Shown: positions 39,535-50,136 of the stretch, piece after piece
How positions within the stretch are numbered: the first letter of the stretch is position 1
Layout of the letters: every line of letters starts with the position of its first letter
NCBI GenBank assembly: GCA_041619515.1
Contig: JBFKDW010000002.1
Span: forward strand, 1-53,368
Length of the DNA stretch: 53,368 nucleotides
Direction: 5' to 3'
From: Acidimicrobiia bacterium
GTDB taxonomy: Bacteria; Actinomycetota; Acidimicrobiia; Spongiisociales; SHLN01
The notes under the pieces: generated by a model
The model's database searches: none
What the model saw: only the letters and a program-made list of their open reading frames with translations
Told to the model about the DNA's origin: nothing
Program-made: the position numbers and the translations under genes

Positions 39535-40391
39535 CGGCAGCCGGGGGCGGGCCGTCGTTCTCTTTCAAGGTATGGCCGCGGGACATCAGCTGGCCCACAC
39601 TGCGCGACATCTGGATGGCCGCCGATGCCGATGAGGCCTACCGGGGAGCGTGGCTCTTCGATCACTTCTACCCTCCCCGCCCCGGACAGCGCGCCGCCCT
39701 CTTCGAAGCCTGGACGCTCCTCTCTTCACTGGCCGCCGTCACCGGACGCCTCCGCCTCGGGGTGATGGTCTCGAGCAACACGTTCCGGCATCCGTCGCTG
39801 CTGGCCAAGATGGCGATCACGGTGGACCAGGTGTCCGGCGGGCGTCTCGATGTCGGCCTCGGCGCCGGCTGGCATACGGAAGAGCACGAGGCCTTCGGCA
39901 TCGACCTTCCGGGGGCCGCCGAGCGGTGGGAGCGACTGGCCGAGACCTGCGCCATCCTCGACGGGCTCATGACCCGGAGTGTCTTCTCGTTCGAGGGGAA
40001 ACACCATCGGCTTGTGGCCGCCGAGGCCGGCCTCGAGCCCGTACAGCGGCCGCGGCCCCCGATCGTGATCGGTGGCGTCGGCCCCAACCGGACTCTTCCA
40101 CTGGTGGCACGCTGGGCCGACCACTGGAACTACTACGAGAAGCCCATCAGCCTGGCCGGGTTCCGAGCCGCACGCGAGCGGCTGACCGAATTGTGCGTGA
40201 CGGCGGGGCGGGACCCCGCCGCGATCGAGATCTCGGTTCAGATGCTGTACCCGGACGACCCGGCCGCCGCCCGGGCAAACGCCGCCGACTACCTGGATGC
40301 CGGCGCCGACCACATCCTGATGAGCTTTCCGACCCCGGTCGATCCCGGTGCGGTTGAGGCATGTGGACGGGCGCTGACCACACTGCGATGA
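39531..40391 (+). CDS. LLM-class flavin/F420-dependent oxidoreductase
   Basis: WLFDHF, EAWT.L..LA..T..LRLG.MV..N.FRHP..LAK, SGGRLD.G.GAGW. Confidence 0.92.
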   Translation: MTAAGGGPSFSFKVWPRDISWPTLRDIWMAADADEAYRGAWLFDHFYPPRPGQRAALFEAWTLLSSLAAVTGRLRLGVMVSSNTFRHPSLLAKMAITVDQVSGGRLDVGLGAGWHTEEHEAFGIDLPGAAERWERLAETCAILDGLMTRSVFSFEGKHHRLVAAEAGLEPVQRPRPPIVIGGVGPNRTLPLVARWADHWNYYEKPISLAGFRAARERLTELCVTAGRDPAAIEISVQMLYPDDPAAARANAADYLDAGADHILMSFPTPVDPGAVEACGRALTTLR

Positions 40392-40443
40392 TCCACCTCC
40401 GACCCGGTCCCTCTAGGGTGTACGGCTCGCGAAGGAGAACCCA

Positions 40444-41379
40444 GTGAACCCACCCAGCATGGATCCGGAGCACGTCGTGATCACCGAGGAGCTCGACGGG
40501 TCCGACATCCCTGTTCATCTCATGTACGTCGAAACCCGAGATGGGCTGTATGCCCCCATCGGTCTCCGCAAGCCGTCCGGCGAAGGTCCGTTCCCCATCG
40601 TCCTCCTAGCTTCCGGCAACGGCGGCGAAGGCATGCGCTGGATCCGGAACTGGGTTCGCACGCGCAGCTACATCATGGACCGGTTGCTGGCAGCCGGCTA
40701 TGCCTGCGCCTGGATCCGCTACCGGACCGAGGTAGAGCTCGGCTACAACGAGGGCGGCAAGCTCATCGTGGATAGGCGCCAGGGCCGGGAGATGTTCAAC
40801 CGGTCCCCACTCGAGTACGAGGACGAGATCGCCATCATCGAGTACGTCAAGACATTGCCTTTTGTCGACGCCGATCGGGTCGGGCTGGTGGGAATGAGCC
40901 ACGGCGGCGAGATGGTGCTGAAGATCTTCTCCGAGTACCACGGGGCGGCCGTCGGGGTGGCCAGCGAGCCGGCCGCCCACGAGTTCCTCGCCCTCGCTCC
41001 CGACGACACGGTGAGCGTGAACGAGGAGACTCACCTCCGCAACATCGAGGAGATGCAGATGGCCGAGGTCGAGAAAGTCAAGGCCCGGATCGACACCGCT
41101 CTTGCCACCGAACGGATCGCCAGCATCGAGACCCCCATCCTGGTCATGGGACGGAAGGACGACCATCTCCAGGGAATCTTCCGTACCTCGTATGACATGC
41201 TGGCCGAGGCCGGCAAAGATGCCGAGTGGGTGTCATTCGATCACCCTCTGCACGGATACATCTTCCCGGTGCAAGCCGATGACGGCGAATACCACGTCGA
41301 CGCGGTGGCCGACGAAGCGATCGGCACCGTCATTGCATACCTCGACCGTTACCTGCAGACGAGATCTCCCCATGAGTGA
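40444..41379 (+). CDS. Alpha/beta hydrolase (S9/dienelactone hydrolase-like)
   Basis: GPFPIVL, VDADRVGLVGMSHGG, HGY. Confidence 0.85.
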   Translation: MNPPSMDPEHVVITEELDGSDIPVHLMYVETRDGLYAPIGLRKPSGEGPFPIVLLASGNGGEGMRWIRNWVRTRSYIMDRLLAAGYACAWIRYRTEVELGYNEGGKLIVDRRQGREMFNRSPLEYEDEIAIIEYVKTLPFVDADRVGLVGMSHGGEMVLKIFSEYHGAAVGVASEPAAHEFLALAPDDTVSVNEETHLRNIEEMQMAEVEKVKARIDTALATERIASIETPILVMGRKDDHLQGIFRTSYDMLAEAGKDAEWVSFDHPLHGYIFPVQADDGEYHVDAVADEAIGTVIAYLDRYLQTRSPHE

Positions 41380-42949
41380 GCAATACGACATCGTGGTGGC
41401 GGGGGCCGGCCACAACAGCCTCATCGCCGCCGCCTACCTGGCCAGGGCCGGTTTTCGCTGCCTCATCCTCGAAGCGCAGGACCGCATCGGAGGAGACACC
41501 GCCACCGAAGAGATGACCCTCCCCGGATTTCACCAGGACAGCTGCTCCACCGCTCACAACCTCATCCAGTCCAGCCCAACCATGCGCAACGACGAACTGC
41601 GCCTCTCCGATTACGGCCTCGAGTACTTGCATCCCGACCCGGTCGTGCACGTGCCGTTCCCGGACGGCACCTGGCTCACGCAATGGCGGGATCTCGATCG
41701 CACATGTGAGGAGTTCGCCAAGTTCTCGGCAGCCGACGCCGCCACCTACCGGACCATGATCGAGGAGTACCAATCGGTGGCGGCCGACTACCGCGCCCAC
41801 CGCTACACCCCCATCGGGTGGGGGCCCTCCCTGGCCCAGCGCCTGGCCTCCCACACCGATGGAAGCACCTGGTTGGCTCGCGCCCAGCAGTCCTCCCGTG
41901 ACGTGATTCTCGATGCCTTCGACGATCCGCACTCCCAGGCGTTCATGCTGTGGATGGCGACGCTGACCGTGCAGCCGATCGAACGTCCCGGGACCGGCAT
42001 CCTCGCCTATTCACTGGCTGCCGGGCGCCAGGCGAACAGCTGGGTGATTCCCCGGGGCGGATCCGGCGCCCTGCCGACGGCCCTCGCCCGGCTCATCGAA
42101 GAGCACGGCGGCGAAATTCGCACGGGAGTACCCGTCCGACGACTGCTCATCGAGGGCGGGCGCTGCGTCGGGGTGGAGGCGGCCGACGGCCGGCAGTATC
42201 GGGCCGGGCGGGCGGTCCTGTCGACCGTTCACATCAAACATCTCCTCGACATGGCGCCGGCCCGGGAGTGGGATCCCGACCTCATCGCGGGAGTGGAACG
42301 CTGGCAGCCCGGCATGACGCTCTTTGCCGCCTACTACGCAACCACCGAGGCGCCCTGCTTTCCGGCGGGCGAAGACGCGATCAGTCCGGTGGCGGCCGGC
42401 CTGCCCACCTCGGTCGAGCGCATGCTCCGCACGACGTCAGATTTCGCCGGCGGGAAGCCCGACACCGACGAACCCGTGCTGCTCGTGCTGTGTCCCAGCA
42501 TCGCAGACGATACGCGGGCGCCCGCAAGACAGCACACCCTCAAGATCGTGGTGCCACAACCGTACGAGCTGGAGGGTGGGGCCCATCACTGGGACGGGCT
42601 CAAGGAGGAGGTTGCCGCCGCTTGTCTCGACCACCTGCGCCGATACGCTCCCAACCTCACCGACGACAAGATCCTCTCCTCCACGGTGAAGAGCCCGCTG
42701 GACTTGGAGCGCAGCAACGAGCACAACTGGCATGGCTCGTGCCACGGGGGCGACATGTCACCGGAGCAGATGGGAGAGCGGCGGCCGGCTCTCGGCTGGG
42801 CGCAGCATCGCATGCCCATTCCCGGGCTTTACCAAACCGGAGCGACCACCCATCCCGGCGGATCGGTATCAGGCGCCCCGGGGCGCAACGCGGCCACGGT
42901 AATGCTGACGGACCTCGGTACGAGCATCGAGGAGGTGATCGGCGGCTGA
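41372..42949 (+). CDS. Phytoene-desaturase-like FAD-dependent oxidoreductase
   Basis: GAGHNSL.AA.YLA, GGSGAL, SP.DLE, GLYQTGATTHPGGSVSGAPGRNAA. Confidence 0.9.
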   Translation: MSEQYDIVVAGAGHNSLIAAAYLARAGFRCLILEAQDRIGGDTATEEMTLPGFHQDSCSTAHNLIQSSPTMRNDELRLSDYGLEYLHPDPVVHVPFPDGTWLTQWRDLDRTCEEFAKFSAADAATYRTMIEEYQSVAADYRAHRYTPIGWGPSLAQRLASHTDGSTWLARAQQSSRDVILDAFDDPHSQAFMLWMATLTVQPIERPGTGILAYSLAAGRQANSWVIPRGGSGALPTALARLIEEHGGEIRTGVPVRRLLIEGGRCVGVEAADGRQYRAGRAVLSTVHIKHLLDMAPAREWDPDLIAGVERWQPGMTLFAAYYATTEAPCFPAGEDAISPVAAGLPTSVERMLRTTSDFAGGKPDTDEPVLLVLCPSIADDTRAPARQHTLKIVVPQPYELEGGAHHWDGLKEEVAAACLDHLRRYAPNLTDDKILSSTVKSPLDLERSNEHNWHGSCHGGDMSPEQMGERRPALGWAQHRMPIPGLYQTGATTHPGGSVSGAPGRNAATVMLTDLGTSIEEVIGG

Positions 42950-43010
42950 CGAGCGGGTTCGAGCCGCCGCCAACCGGGACAGGGCGTCGGGGTTGGGGTC
43001 CGCATCGAGG

Positions 43011-43829
43011 TCAGAGGGATTCGAGCGCCGCTCGCATGACGGGTCCGGCGTCCGCCACCCCGGTCCACCGTTCGAAGGCGATCTCGGCCTGGGAGACGAG
43101 CATGCCGAGCCCATTTGCCACCCGCAGCCCGCGGGCGCGAGCTCGCCGCAGCAGCTCGGACTCGGACGGGTCGTACACGAGGTCGAAGACGGCGGCAGTC
43201 GGCGGGAGTGATCCGACGTCGAAGGCAACCCCGGGCTCGATCATGCCGACGGTGGTGGCGTTCACAGCCAGGTCCGCCTCGGTCAACGCCTCGTCGAAGG
43301 CGGCACCAAATCCCGCCCCCCGCACCGAAGGACCGAAATCTTCTGCCAAGGCTCGCGCCCGTTCCCAGGTGCGGTTGCCCACCGTGATATCGCCGGCGCC
43401 GGCTACCACGAGCGCAGGAACTACGGCCCGGGCCGCACCCCCGGCTCCGCCGACGCAGACGGACAGGTCGGAGAGGCCAAGCTCCAGCTCATTCTCGACG
43501 GCTCGCCGAAACCCCTCGGCATCAGTGTTGTGCCCGGCCAGCGAGCCGTCTTCGCGACGCAAGACGGTGTTGACCGCACCGATTTGCCCGGCATCGTGCT
43601 CGATTTGGTCGAGAAGCTCCATGACGATTCGCTTGTGGGGAGTGGTCACCTGAAACCCGAGCCAGTCCGCACCACGGGCTTCGTCGACGAAGCCGGGCAC
43701 CTGCTCGAGGGACACATCACGCAGCTCGTATCGGGCATCGATACCGAAATGGTCGAAAGCGGCGTTGTGCATGACCTCCGAATGACGCCTCCGCAATGGC
43801 CGCCCGATCAGGGCTACCCGCCTCGTCAT
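43011..43829 (-). CDS. aroE: Shikimate dehydrogenase family
   Basis: MHNAAF, VTTPHK, GAVNT, NTD..GF, GAGGAARA, NRT, NAT, DLVY, G..ML..QA. Confidence 0.85.
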   Translation of the reverse strand: MTRRVALIGRPLRRRHSEVMHNAAFDHFGIDARYELRDVSLEQVPGFVDEARGADWLGFQVTTPHKRIVMELLDQIEHDAGQIGAVNTVLRREDGSLAGHNTDAEGFRRAVENELELGLSDLSVCVGGAGGAARAVVPALVVAGAGDITVGNRTWERARALAEDFGPSVRGAGFGAAFDEALTEADLAVNATTVGMIEPGVAFDVGSLPPTAAVFDLVYDPSESELLRRARARGLRVANGLGMLVSQAEIAFERWTGVADAGPVMRAALESL

Positions 43830-44836
43830 GTGCCGGCGGGAAAACGGACATGGGGCACGATCTCGGTGGCCCATTGCTCGAGCTGGGTCAGGCCGGGCGT
43901 CATGGTGTGCAACATGAACCGCTGGACACCGGCATCGACCCGCGCTTGCAGGGAGGTGATGATCTCGTCCGGCGTGCCGAACAAGTAGACCTGTTCGAGA
44001 TAGGCCGGTCCCCTCGCCTCGCTCATGATCCGCAGGAACGCCTCATGCTGTTCGGCACGGGCGGTGGCAGGGTCGTCGGTGGGCACGAAATGCATGAAGT
44101 TCTCGTGAGCCACGGTCAGCTCGGCGGGATCTCGACCGTTCGTTCGGAGGTATGCCTGGAGCTCTTCCCAATCGCGGGCGATGTCGGCCGGCGGACAGGT
44201 GGGCCGAGGGATCCACCCTTCGGTCTTGAGGATCCGCCTCTTCACTGCGTCTACGAAGCGGGGCAGGTCGGGCGATCCGGTGTCGGCGAGCTGCGATCCA
44301 CCCCCGATCCAGATTTCCGGCCGCTTCCGAGACCGCGGCTCGATCCGAACGTCTTCGATCGAGTAGTACGTGCCCTGGTAGCTGACCGTGTCACCCTCCA
44401 GGAGAGGCAGGAGGATGTCCAGGATCTCGTCGGTGCGGGCGCCGCGTTCGCGCTTCTCGACGCCGACGGCTTTGAATTCCGGGGGGTACCAGCCGATGCC
44501 GGCCCCGAGGATGAACCGGTCCTGGGACAGGAACTGAAGCGTGGCAATCTGTTTGGCGAACATCACCGGATTCCTCACCGGCACCACGACGACCGACGTA
44601 CCCAGCTTGACTCGATTCGTCACGCCGGCCACCAGCGCCAAGGCAACGAGTGGCTCCAGGTACGAAACGGCGTAGAACTGTTTGGCGGCCAGCAGATGAT
44701 CGGTGACGAATATCGAGTCGAAGCCGAGATCCTCGACCTGCCGGGCGAAATCCTTGATGCCCTGTGCTCGCTCCGGCCCGTCTCCCGCCCAGACGAACGA
44801 GGGAAGGAATACTCCGAAACGGTCCATGTTCTCCAA
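43826..44836 (-). CDS. LLM-class oxidoreductase
   Basis: GFDSIFVTDH, KLGTSV...P.RNP, GAG.GW...EF, IWIGG. Confidence 0.9.
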   Translation of the reverse strand: MENMDRFGVFLPSFVWAGDGPERAQGIKDFARQVEDLGFDSIFVTDHLLAAKQFYAVSYLEPLVALALVAGVTNRVKLGTSVVVVPVRNPVMFAKQIATLQFLSQDRFILGAGIGWYPPEFKAVGVEKRERGARTDEILDILLPLLEGDTVSYQGTYYSIEDVRIEPRSRKRPEIWIGGGSQLADTGSPDLPRFVDAVKRRILKTEGWIPRPTCPPADIARDWEELQAYLRTNGRDPAELTVAHENFMHFVPTDDPATARAEQHEAFLRIMSEARGPAYLEQVYLFGTPDEIITSLQARVDAGVQRFMLHTMTPGLTQLEQWATEIVPHVRFPAGT

Positions 44837-44860
44837 GCGGTGCTCCCTATTCGTTCTCGT

Positions 44861-45637
44861 CTATTCGCTCTTGAATCTGGGGTCCCGCTTCTCGAGGAAT
44901 GCGGCCACCCCTTCCAGCATGTCTTCCGACGCGAACACGCGTTCGGACGCCTCCAGCTCCCGGGCGCGATCCGCATGGGTCGGAGCGCCGAGTGTGGAAT
45001 CGAGCAGCTGTTTCGCCTCGCGCACCGCCATCGGGCCACGGGCGGCCAGGGCCTCGGCCAGATCGACGGCCACGGCCTCGGCCCGGCCCGGCGCGACCAC
45101 CCGATTCACCAGACCGATCTCGAGGGCTCTCGCAGCGTCGATGATCTCGCCCAGCAAGATCATCTCCTTGGCGGGCGCCAGGCCGATGAGCCGCGGCAGC
45201 CGGAGCGTCCCGCCCGAGCCCGGCATGACCCCCAATCGGACCTCGGGGAGCCCGAAGCGAGCGGCCTCACTCACCACCCGGAGGTCACAGCACAGGGCCA
45301 GTTCGAGCCCGCCACCCAGGGCCCCTCCCTCGATGGCGGCCACGGTCGGCACGTCCAGCGCAGCGAGCCGGTCGTAGACCTCGTTCTCTCTGATCAACTT
45401 GCCCTCGCCGACCCGGCCTCGCAGCGAGGAGAACTCCTTGACGTCCGAGCCGGCCGACCAGACCCGATCACCGGCAGCGGCCACGACCACCGCCCGAACC
45501 GAACGGTCCTCTTCAACCGCCGCCAGGGCGGCGTCGAGGTGGGCGATCAGTGCCTGAGAGATCAAGTTGAGAGGCGGGTCGTTCAGCCTGAGGACCGTCA
45601 CAATCCCAGGTTCGACGTGAATCAAGCGGTCGGTCAT
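44861..45637 (-). CDS. Enoyl-CoA hydratase
   Basis: SAGSD, GGGLELALCCD, FGLPEVRLG (both catalytic Glu present). Confidence 0.93.
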   Translation of the reverse strand: MTDRLIHVEPGIVTVLRLNDPPLNLISQALIAHLDAALAAVEEDRSVRAVVVAAAGDRVWSAGSDVKEFSSLRGRVGEGKLIRENEVYDRLAALDVPTVAAIEGGALGGGLELALCCDLRVVSEAARFGLPEVRLGVMPGSGGTLRLPRLIGLAPAKEMILLGEIIDAARALEIGLVNRVVAPGRAEAVAVDLAEALAARGPMAVREAKQLLDSTLGAPTHADRARELEASERVFASEDMLEGVAAFLEKRDPRFKSE

Positions 45638-47196
45638 GGCCTGCTCCCGACGAGACGCTGCCGCAGTCCCATCGTGCCGGCCTCGAACACTGACGGATCG
45701 ATCGTATGCACCGTGGCGGCAACCTCGGGCCGGAAGCCCATGTGGGCGATCACATCAGTCTCGGCGTCGAGGCCGGCCGCCGTCTCGGTGAGCGTCACCT
45801 TCCCGCCGATGAGCGCGAACACCGCCCGTTCGGTTATGTAGCGAACCTCCTGACCGCGTTGCGCCGCCATCGGTCCGCTGAAGCTGACCTCCCGCACCCG
45901 TTCGACGAACCGCCGGGTTGCCCCCTCCCTCGATATCCCGATCCGGTTGTCCGCAATGGAGGCCCGGAGGCCTCCGGTGGTCAGGGTGCCGACGAAGCAG
46001 ACCTTCTTGGCTCCGGTAGAGATGTTGGGAAAGCCGCCGGGACCGCGCAGCCGATCGCCGAAGGCATGGACGTTCACATTTCCCGTGGCGTCGACCTCGG
46101 CGAATGAGAGGCTGGCCACGTCGATCCCACCGCCGTCGTAGAAGTCGAACATCGCCGGCTGATCGATCAGTGCCTGGTAGTTGAAGCCTGCGCCGCCTTC
46201 GCTCCCCCCGGCGGGAACGCCTCCGAAGACACCCTGTTCGACCGTCAACACGAACAGGTCGGCAACGCCTTCCTCCTGGGCGATCGCCCCGATGCCCTGG
46301 CTGATGCCGAACCCGAGATTCGCGACCTGCCCAGGTCGGAACTCGAGCAGAGACCGGCGAGCGATGGCCTTGCGCACGTCGAGCGGTGCCGGTTCGGGGT
46401 GGCCGGACGGCTCCATGCGTTCGGCTCCGGCGTAGAAGGGCGAGAAGTCGGTGTCATAGGTCTGGGTCTGATGAGGGTCGAGGAAGGCATAGTCGATCAG
46501 CGCACCGGGGACCTGCACCCGGCGGGGAATGAGGCTCCCTTTCGGAACGATCCGCTTGGCCTGGGCGATGACGATGCCTCCCGAGTTGCGGGCCGCCATC
46601 GCCATCGGCAGCATCTCGCCGTTGATCGCCTCGTCATCGAGCGTGAGGTTGCCATCCTCGTCGATGGTCGACCCCCGGATCACCGCCACGTCGATGGGGA
46701 AGGCGGGAAAGAAGAGCCATTCCCGGCCGGCCAGTTCTACCACCTCGACCAGGTCCTCGGTGGCGGCCCCCTGCTTGCCACCGGTGTGGCGCGGATCGAC
46801 GTACGTGTTGATCCCAACCCTGGTAATGAGACCGGGCCGTCCGGCGGCGATCTCCCGGCACAGTTGCGAAAGCACTCCCTGAGGAAAGGAGTACGCCTCG
46901 ATCTCACCGTTCTCCACCATCTCACCGAGTCGAGGCTCGTTGCCGATGTTGGAACCGATGGTGCGACGCATCAGCCCGGGGATGGCCAGCTGCGAGAACC
47001 CACGGTCGGCGAAGTCGCCGATTCCGACCACTCGTACCGTGGTGAGGTGGCGGGGCCGGCCCTCGGCGCGGTAGACCTCGGCGAGGGTGTCGATGAACCG
47101 TTGGGGAACCGCATGGCCCGCACCGGAGCCGCCGACGATCACGGTGGCCCGGTCGGGGATGAGCCGGACCGCTTCCGCCGCCTCGACCAGCTTCAT
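45634..47196 (-). CDS. Family I CoA-transferase (YdiF/propionate CoA-transferase type)
   Basis: PQG, G.NTYVDPR, NLGFGI, VEQG, FDFYDGGG, GNVNV, GPGGF.NI, YITER.VF. Confidence 0.92.
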   Translation of the reverse strand: MKLVEAAEAVRLIPDRATVIVGGSGAGHAVPQRFIDTLAEVYRAEGRPRHLTTVRVVGIGDFADRGFSQLAIPGLMRRTIGSNIGNEPRLGEMVENGEIEAYSFPQGVLSQLCREIAAGRPGLITRVGINTYVDPRHTGGKQGAATEDLVEVVELAGREWLFFPAFPIDVAVIRGSTIDEDGNLTLDDEAINGEMLPMAMAARNSGGIVIAQAKRIVPKGSLIPRRVQVPGALIDYAFLDPHQTQTYDTDFSPFYAGAERMEPSGHPEPAPLDVRKAIARRSLLEFRPGQVANLGFGISQGIGAIAQEEGVADLFVLTVEQGVFGGVPAGGSEGGAGFNYQALIDQPAMFDFYDGGGIDVASLSFAEVDATGNVNVHAFGDRLRGPGGFPNISTGAKKVCFVGTLTTGGLRASIADNRIGISREGATRRFVERVREVSFSGPMAAQRGQEVRYITERAVFALIGGKVTLTETAAGLDAETDVIAHMGFRPEVAATVHTIDPSVFEAGTMGLRQRLVGSRP

Positions 47197-47209
47197 GGGA
47201 TGAGTGCAC

Positions 47210-47968
47210 TCATTGCATGAAGCCCCCGCCGTTCGGGTTCAGGGTCTGGCCGTGATGGTGCCCGGCGGCATCGGAGAGAAGGAAGACGACGCTGGCGGCC
47301 ACATCCTCGGGCTCGCCGAATCGACGGGCCGGCAGCTCGGCGAGACGGCGCCGCCCCGAATCGGTGTCAACGAGGTGCCGGGTCATGTCGGTGACGGTGA
47401 ATCCCGGCGCCACCGCGTTTACCCGGATGCCGTGCGGGCCGAACTCCCTTGCCAAGGATTTGGTGAGGCCGAGTAGCCCCGCCTTGGAAGCCGAGTAGTG
47501 AGCGAGCTCGGGCCAGCCGATCTGCCCGAGCCGGGAGGAGATGTTGACGATGGCGCCGCTCCGTCGCTTCACCATCTTCGGGAGCACCGCCCGGGCGCAA
47601 TAGAAGGGACCGAACAGATTGGTTCGCAGCACCCGCTCCCATTCCTCATCGGATATCTCGGTCAGCGCTCGGGAGGGCATGATTCCGGCATTGTTGACGA
47701 GGCCGTGGATCTCTCCGAACAAGCTCTCCACCTCGGCGACCATCCGCTGCGCTTGCACCGGGTCGGAGACATCGGCCTGAAACGACGCCGACGAGCGCCC
47801 GAGAGCCTTCACACCGTCGACCACGGAGGCAGCAGCATCGCGGTTCTCCAAATAGCCAACGGCGACATCGGCACCCGCCTGCGATGCCGCCCGGGCGATG
47901 GCAGCACCGATCCCCCGGCCACCCCCCGTCACCAGCACGACCCGACCCGAGAGCGAGAAGAGACTCAT
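47210..47968 (-). CDS. SDR (FabG-like)
   Basis: TGGGRGIG, NNAG, YSASK, VNAVAPG. Confidence 0.93.
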   Translation of the reverse strand: MSLFSLSGRVVLVTGGGRGIGAAIARAASQAGADVAVGYLENRDAAASVVDGVKALGRSSASFQADVSDPVQAQRMVAEVESLFGEIHGLVNNAGIMPSRALTEISDEEWERVLRTNLFGPFYCARAVLPKMVKRRSGAIVNISSRLGQIGWPELAHYSASKAGLLGLTKSLAREFGPHGIRVNAVAPGFTVTDMTRHLVDTDSGRRRLAELPARRFGEPEDVAASVVFLLSDAAGHHHGQTLNPNGGGFMQ

Positions 47969-47992
47969 CGATGCACCTTCTTCATAGCCGCT

Positions 47993-48757
47993 TCATAGCC
48001 GGGGCACGGTCAGTCCCCCGTCGATCGTGAGCACTTGCCCGGTGGCGTACGGTATCGCTCCACCCGCCAGGACCGAGACCGCAGCGGCGACGTCCGCCGG
48101 GGTTCCCCAGCGGGCGTCGAGGGCCAGGCCCTGCTCGAACAGCTCGTCGTACTTCCCGGTGACTTCGGCCGTCATGTCGGATCTGATCACCCCGGGGCGC
48201 ACCTCATACACGTCGATGCCGTGCCCGGCCAGCCGGGCCGCCCACAGACGGGTCGCCATCGAAACGCCCGCCTTGCTGATGCAGTATTCGGCCCGATTGG
48301 TCGATGCCAGAACGGCACTGATCGAGGAGATGTTGATGATGCAACCGCGCGCGTCCGGGTCGGCTGCGCGTTGGCTGATCATGTGCCGCGATACGGCCTG
48401 GGTGAGCAGAAACGGGCCTTTCAAGTTCACCGCCATGACCTTGTCGAAGTCTGCTTCGACGACATCCAGCATGTCGGCCCGACCCGGTGAGGTGATGCCG
48501 GCGTTGTTGACCAGCAGGTCGATGCGCCCGAAGGCGGCCAGCACGGTCGGCACGATTTCGTCGCGTGCGACGGGATCGCCGACGTCGCCGCGGATGTAGA
48601 TCACCTCACCTGCGAGCTGGGCGATCGCAGGTTGTGCCTCCGCCTTCGAACGGACGCCGTTGGCAGCCACCCGGTAGCCGTCCTCGAGCAGCCGGCGGGT
48701 GATCCCGAGCCCGATCCCCCGAGCGCCCCCCGTTACCAGCGCCACCCGGTCGGTCAT
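47993..48757 (-). CDS. SDR ('3-ketoacyl-ACP reductase'-annotated type)
   Basis: TGGARGIG, NNAG, YCISK, EVRPGVI.SDMT. Confidence 0.92.
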   Translation of the reverse strand: MTDRVALVTGGARGIGLGITRRLLEDGYRVAANGVRSKAEAQPAIAQLAGEVIYIRGDVGDPVARDEIVPTVLAAFGRIDLLVNNAGITSPGRADMLDVVEADFDKVMAVNLKGPFLLTQAVSRHMISQRAADPDARGCIINISSISAVLASTNRAEYCISKAGVSMATRLWAARLAGHGIDVYEVRPGVIRSDMTAEVTGKYDELFEQGLALDARWGTPADVAAAVSVLAGGAIPYATGQVLTIDGGLTVPRL

Positions 48758-50136
48758 GAGTCACCTCCCGCAAAGAACGTGAAGTACGGCTCGCCGCCGG
48801 CGAGACGGTACACGAGCAGTGCCAGCTCCACGAGGTGGTAGTCGCCCCACAAGACCGATTCGCCGGAGGGGACTACGCTCCCAGCCCGCCGGTGATCCCA
48901 GCCTCGCGGCCGGTGGTAGAGCCCATGGAGCAGGAGACCTTCGTGGTCGGGATCGGTGCTCAGGTACCGGTCACCGAGAAGCGAACGGAGCACGGTCAGC
49001 CCGGCCAGCATGTAGCGCGAGCCCTCGGGATCATCGCGCTGCGTCAGATAGCGGCCCAGCCGCACCAGGCCCTGGGAGGCGATGGCCGCCGCCGAGCTGT
49101 CGACCGGTTCGTAGTCGTTTTCGGGCTCGGCGGGACGATCGAGGTATGCGCCCATTCGTCCCAGGCCGGGAGCTCCCGTGTCCCAGTAGGGGATTCCATC
49201 CGTTGGGCTGTTCGAGATGTAGAAGTCGGCGGTCGCCCGGGCGGCCCGCAGCATCGTCCCCTCGACTCGCGGCCGGCCACCGGAAGGCTCGAGCGCCTCA
49301 TCGGTGACGGTGGCCATGAACTCCAGGATCTCGGCGTACCCGGCGATCACCCACGCCAGTCCTCGGGTCCAGGTCGTAAACGGCGAGTACCCCTGCTGGG
49401 TGCTCGGGGCCCGGTAACTCCCGTCTGTGACGTTGAAGACCGACTCGTGGGCGACCCGACCCCGGATGTCGTAGATGTCGCGGCCCTCGCCGTAGTAGAC
49501 GGCATACTCGGCCGTGGAGGCGGCGTGGGCAACCGCGCGTTCGAGCAGTGAGATCCGCTCGTCGTTCTCTGCCAGCAACACCTGGCCGAGCCGGTGTGCC
49601 AGCAGCAGCGACCGGACCGACCGAATGGTGTCGCAAAACAGCGAGTGCGGGCCGTTGAACGAGTAGATGTATCCGCCGGCGCCGGCGTGCGACCAGCGGG
49701 CCGCTTGCACCGCGCCGCTCACTTTCAGCGCCTGCTCGTAGAAGGCGCGTTCCCACCGGTCCATCGGGAGGCGGCCTTCGAGCATGAGCCGTCGCAGGTT
49801 CCCGAAGGTACTGACGTTGTTGAAGCCATGGTCGTGAACGCCCGTGTGCGTGAGGTGCTTGGCCATCCGCTCCTGCGTGAGGGTGCGCCCCAGTTCCAGC
49901 GCCTCAGAATCACCGGTGGCGTCGTAGTGGAGGATCGCCCATCCGTAGAGGAAGCCTTCCGTCCACTCGGTCCAGCCCTGCGGTCGGTACCTGCCTCCTG
50001 CGGTGTACACCGGAGTGCCTGCGTCGGGTGCGTGCCTCATGCAAAGACGCTTCACCTTGGGCCCCGACAGCTCCCACATCCGCTCGATTCGCGGCCACAA
50101 CGCGGCGGCATCGATCTCCTGGTCGATGTCGATCAT
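48754..50136 (-). CDS. Glycoside hydrolase family 88-like (unsaturated glucuronyl hydrolase fold)
   Basis: WTEGF, HDHGF, QGYS..TTWTRG.AW, PYWD, DSSAAAI, WGDY. Confidence 0.85.
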   Translation of the reverse strand: MIDIDQEIDAAALWPRIERMWELSGPKVKRLCMRHAPDAGTPVYTAGGRYRPQGWTEWTEGFLYGWAILHYDATGDSEALELGRTLTQERMAKHLTHTGVHDHGFNNVSTFGNLRRLMLEGRLPMDRWERAFYEQALKVSGAVQAARWSHAGAGGYIYSFNGPHSLFCDTIRSVRSLLLAHRLGQVLLAENDERISLLERAVAHAASTAEYAVYYGEGRDIYDIRGRVAHESVFNVTDGSYRAPSTQQGYSPFTTWTRGLAWVIAGYAEILEFMATVTDEALEPSGGRPRVEGTMLRAARATADFYISNSPTDGIPYWDTGAPGLGRMGAYLDRPAEPENDYEPVDSSAAAIASQGLVRLGRYLTQRDDPEGSRYMLAGLTVLRSLLGDRYLSTDPDHEGLLLHGLYHRPRGWDHRRAGSVVPSGESVLWGDYHLVELALLVYRLAGGEPYFTFFAGGDS

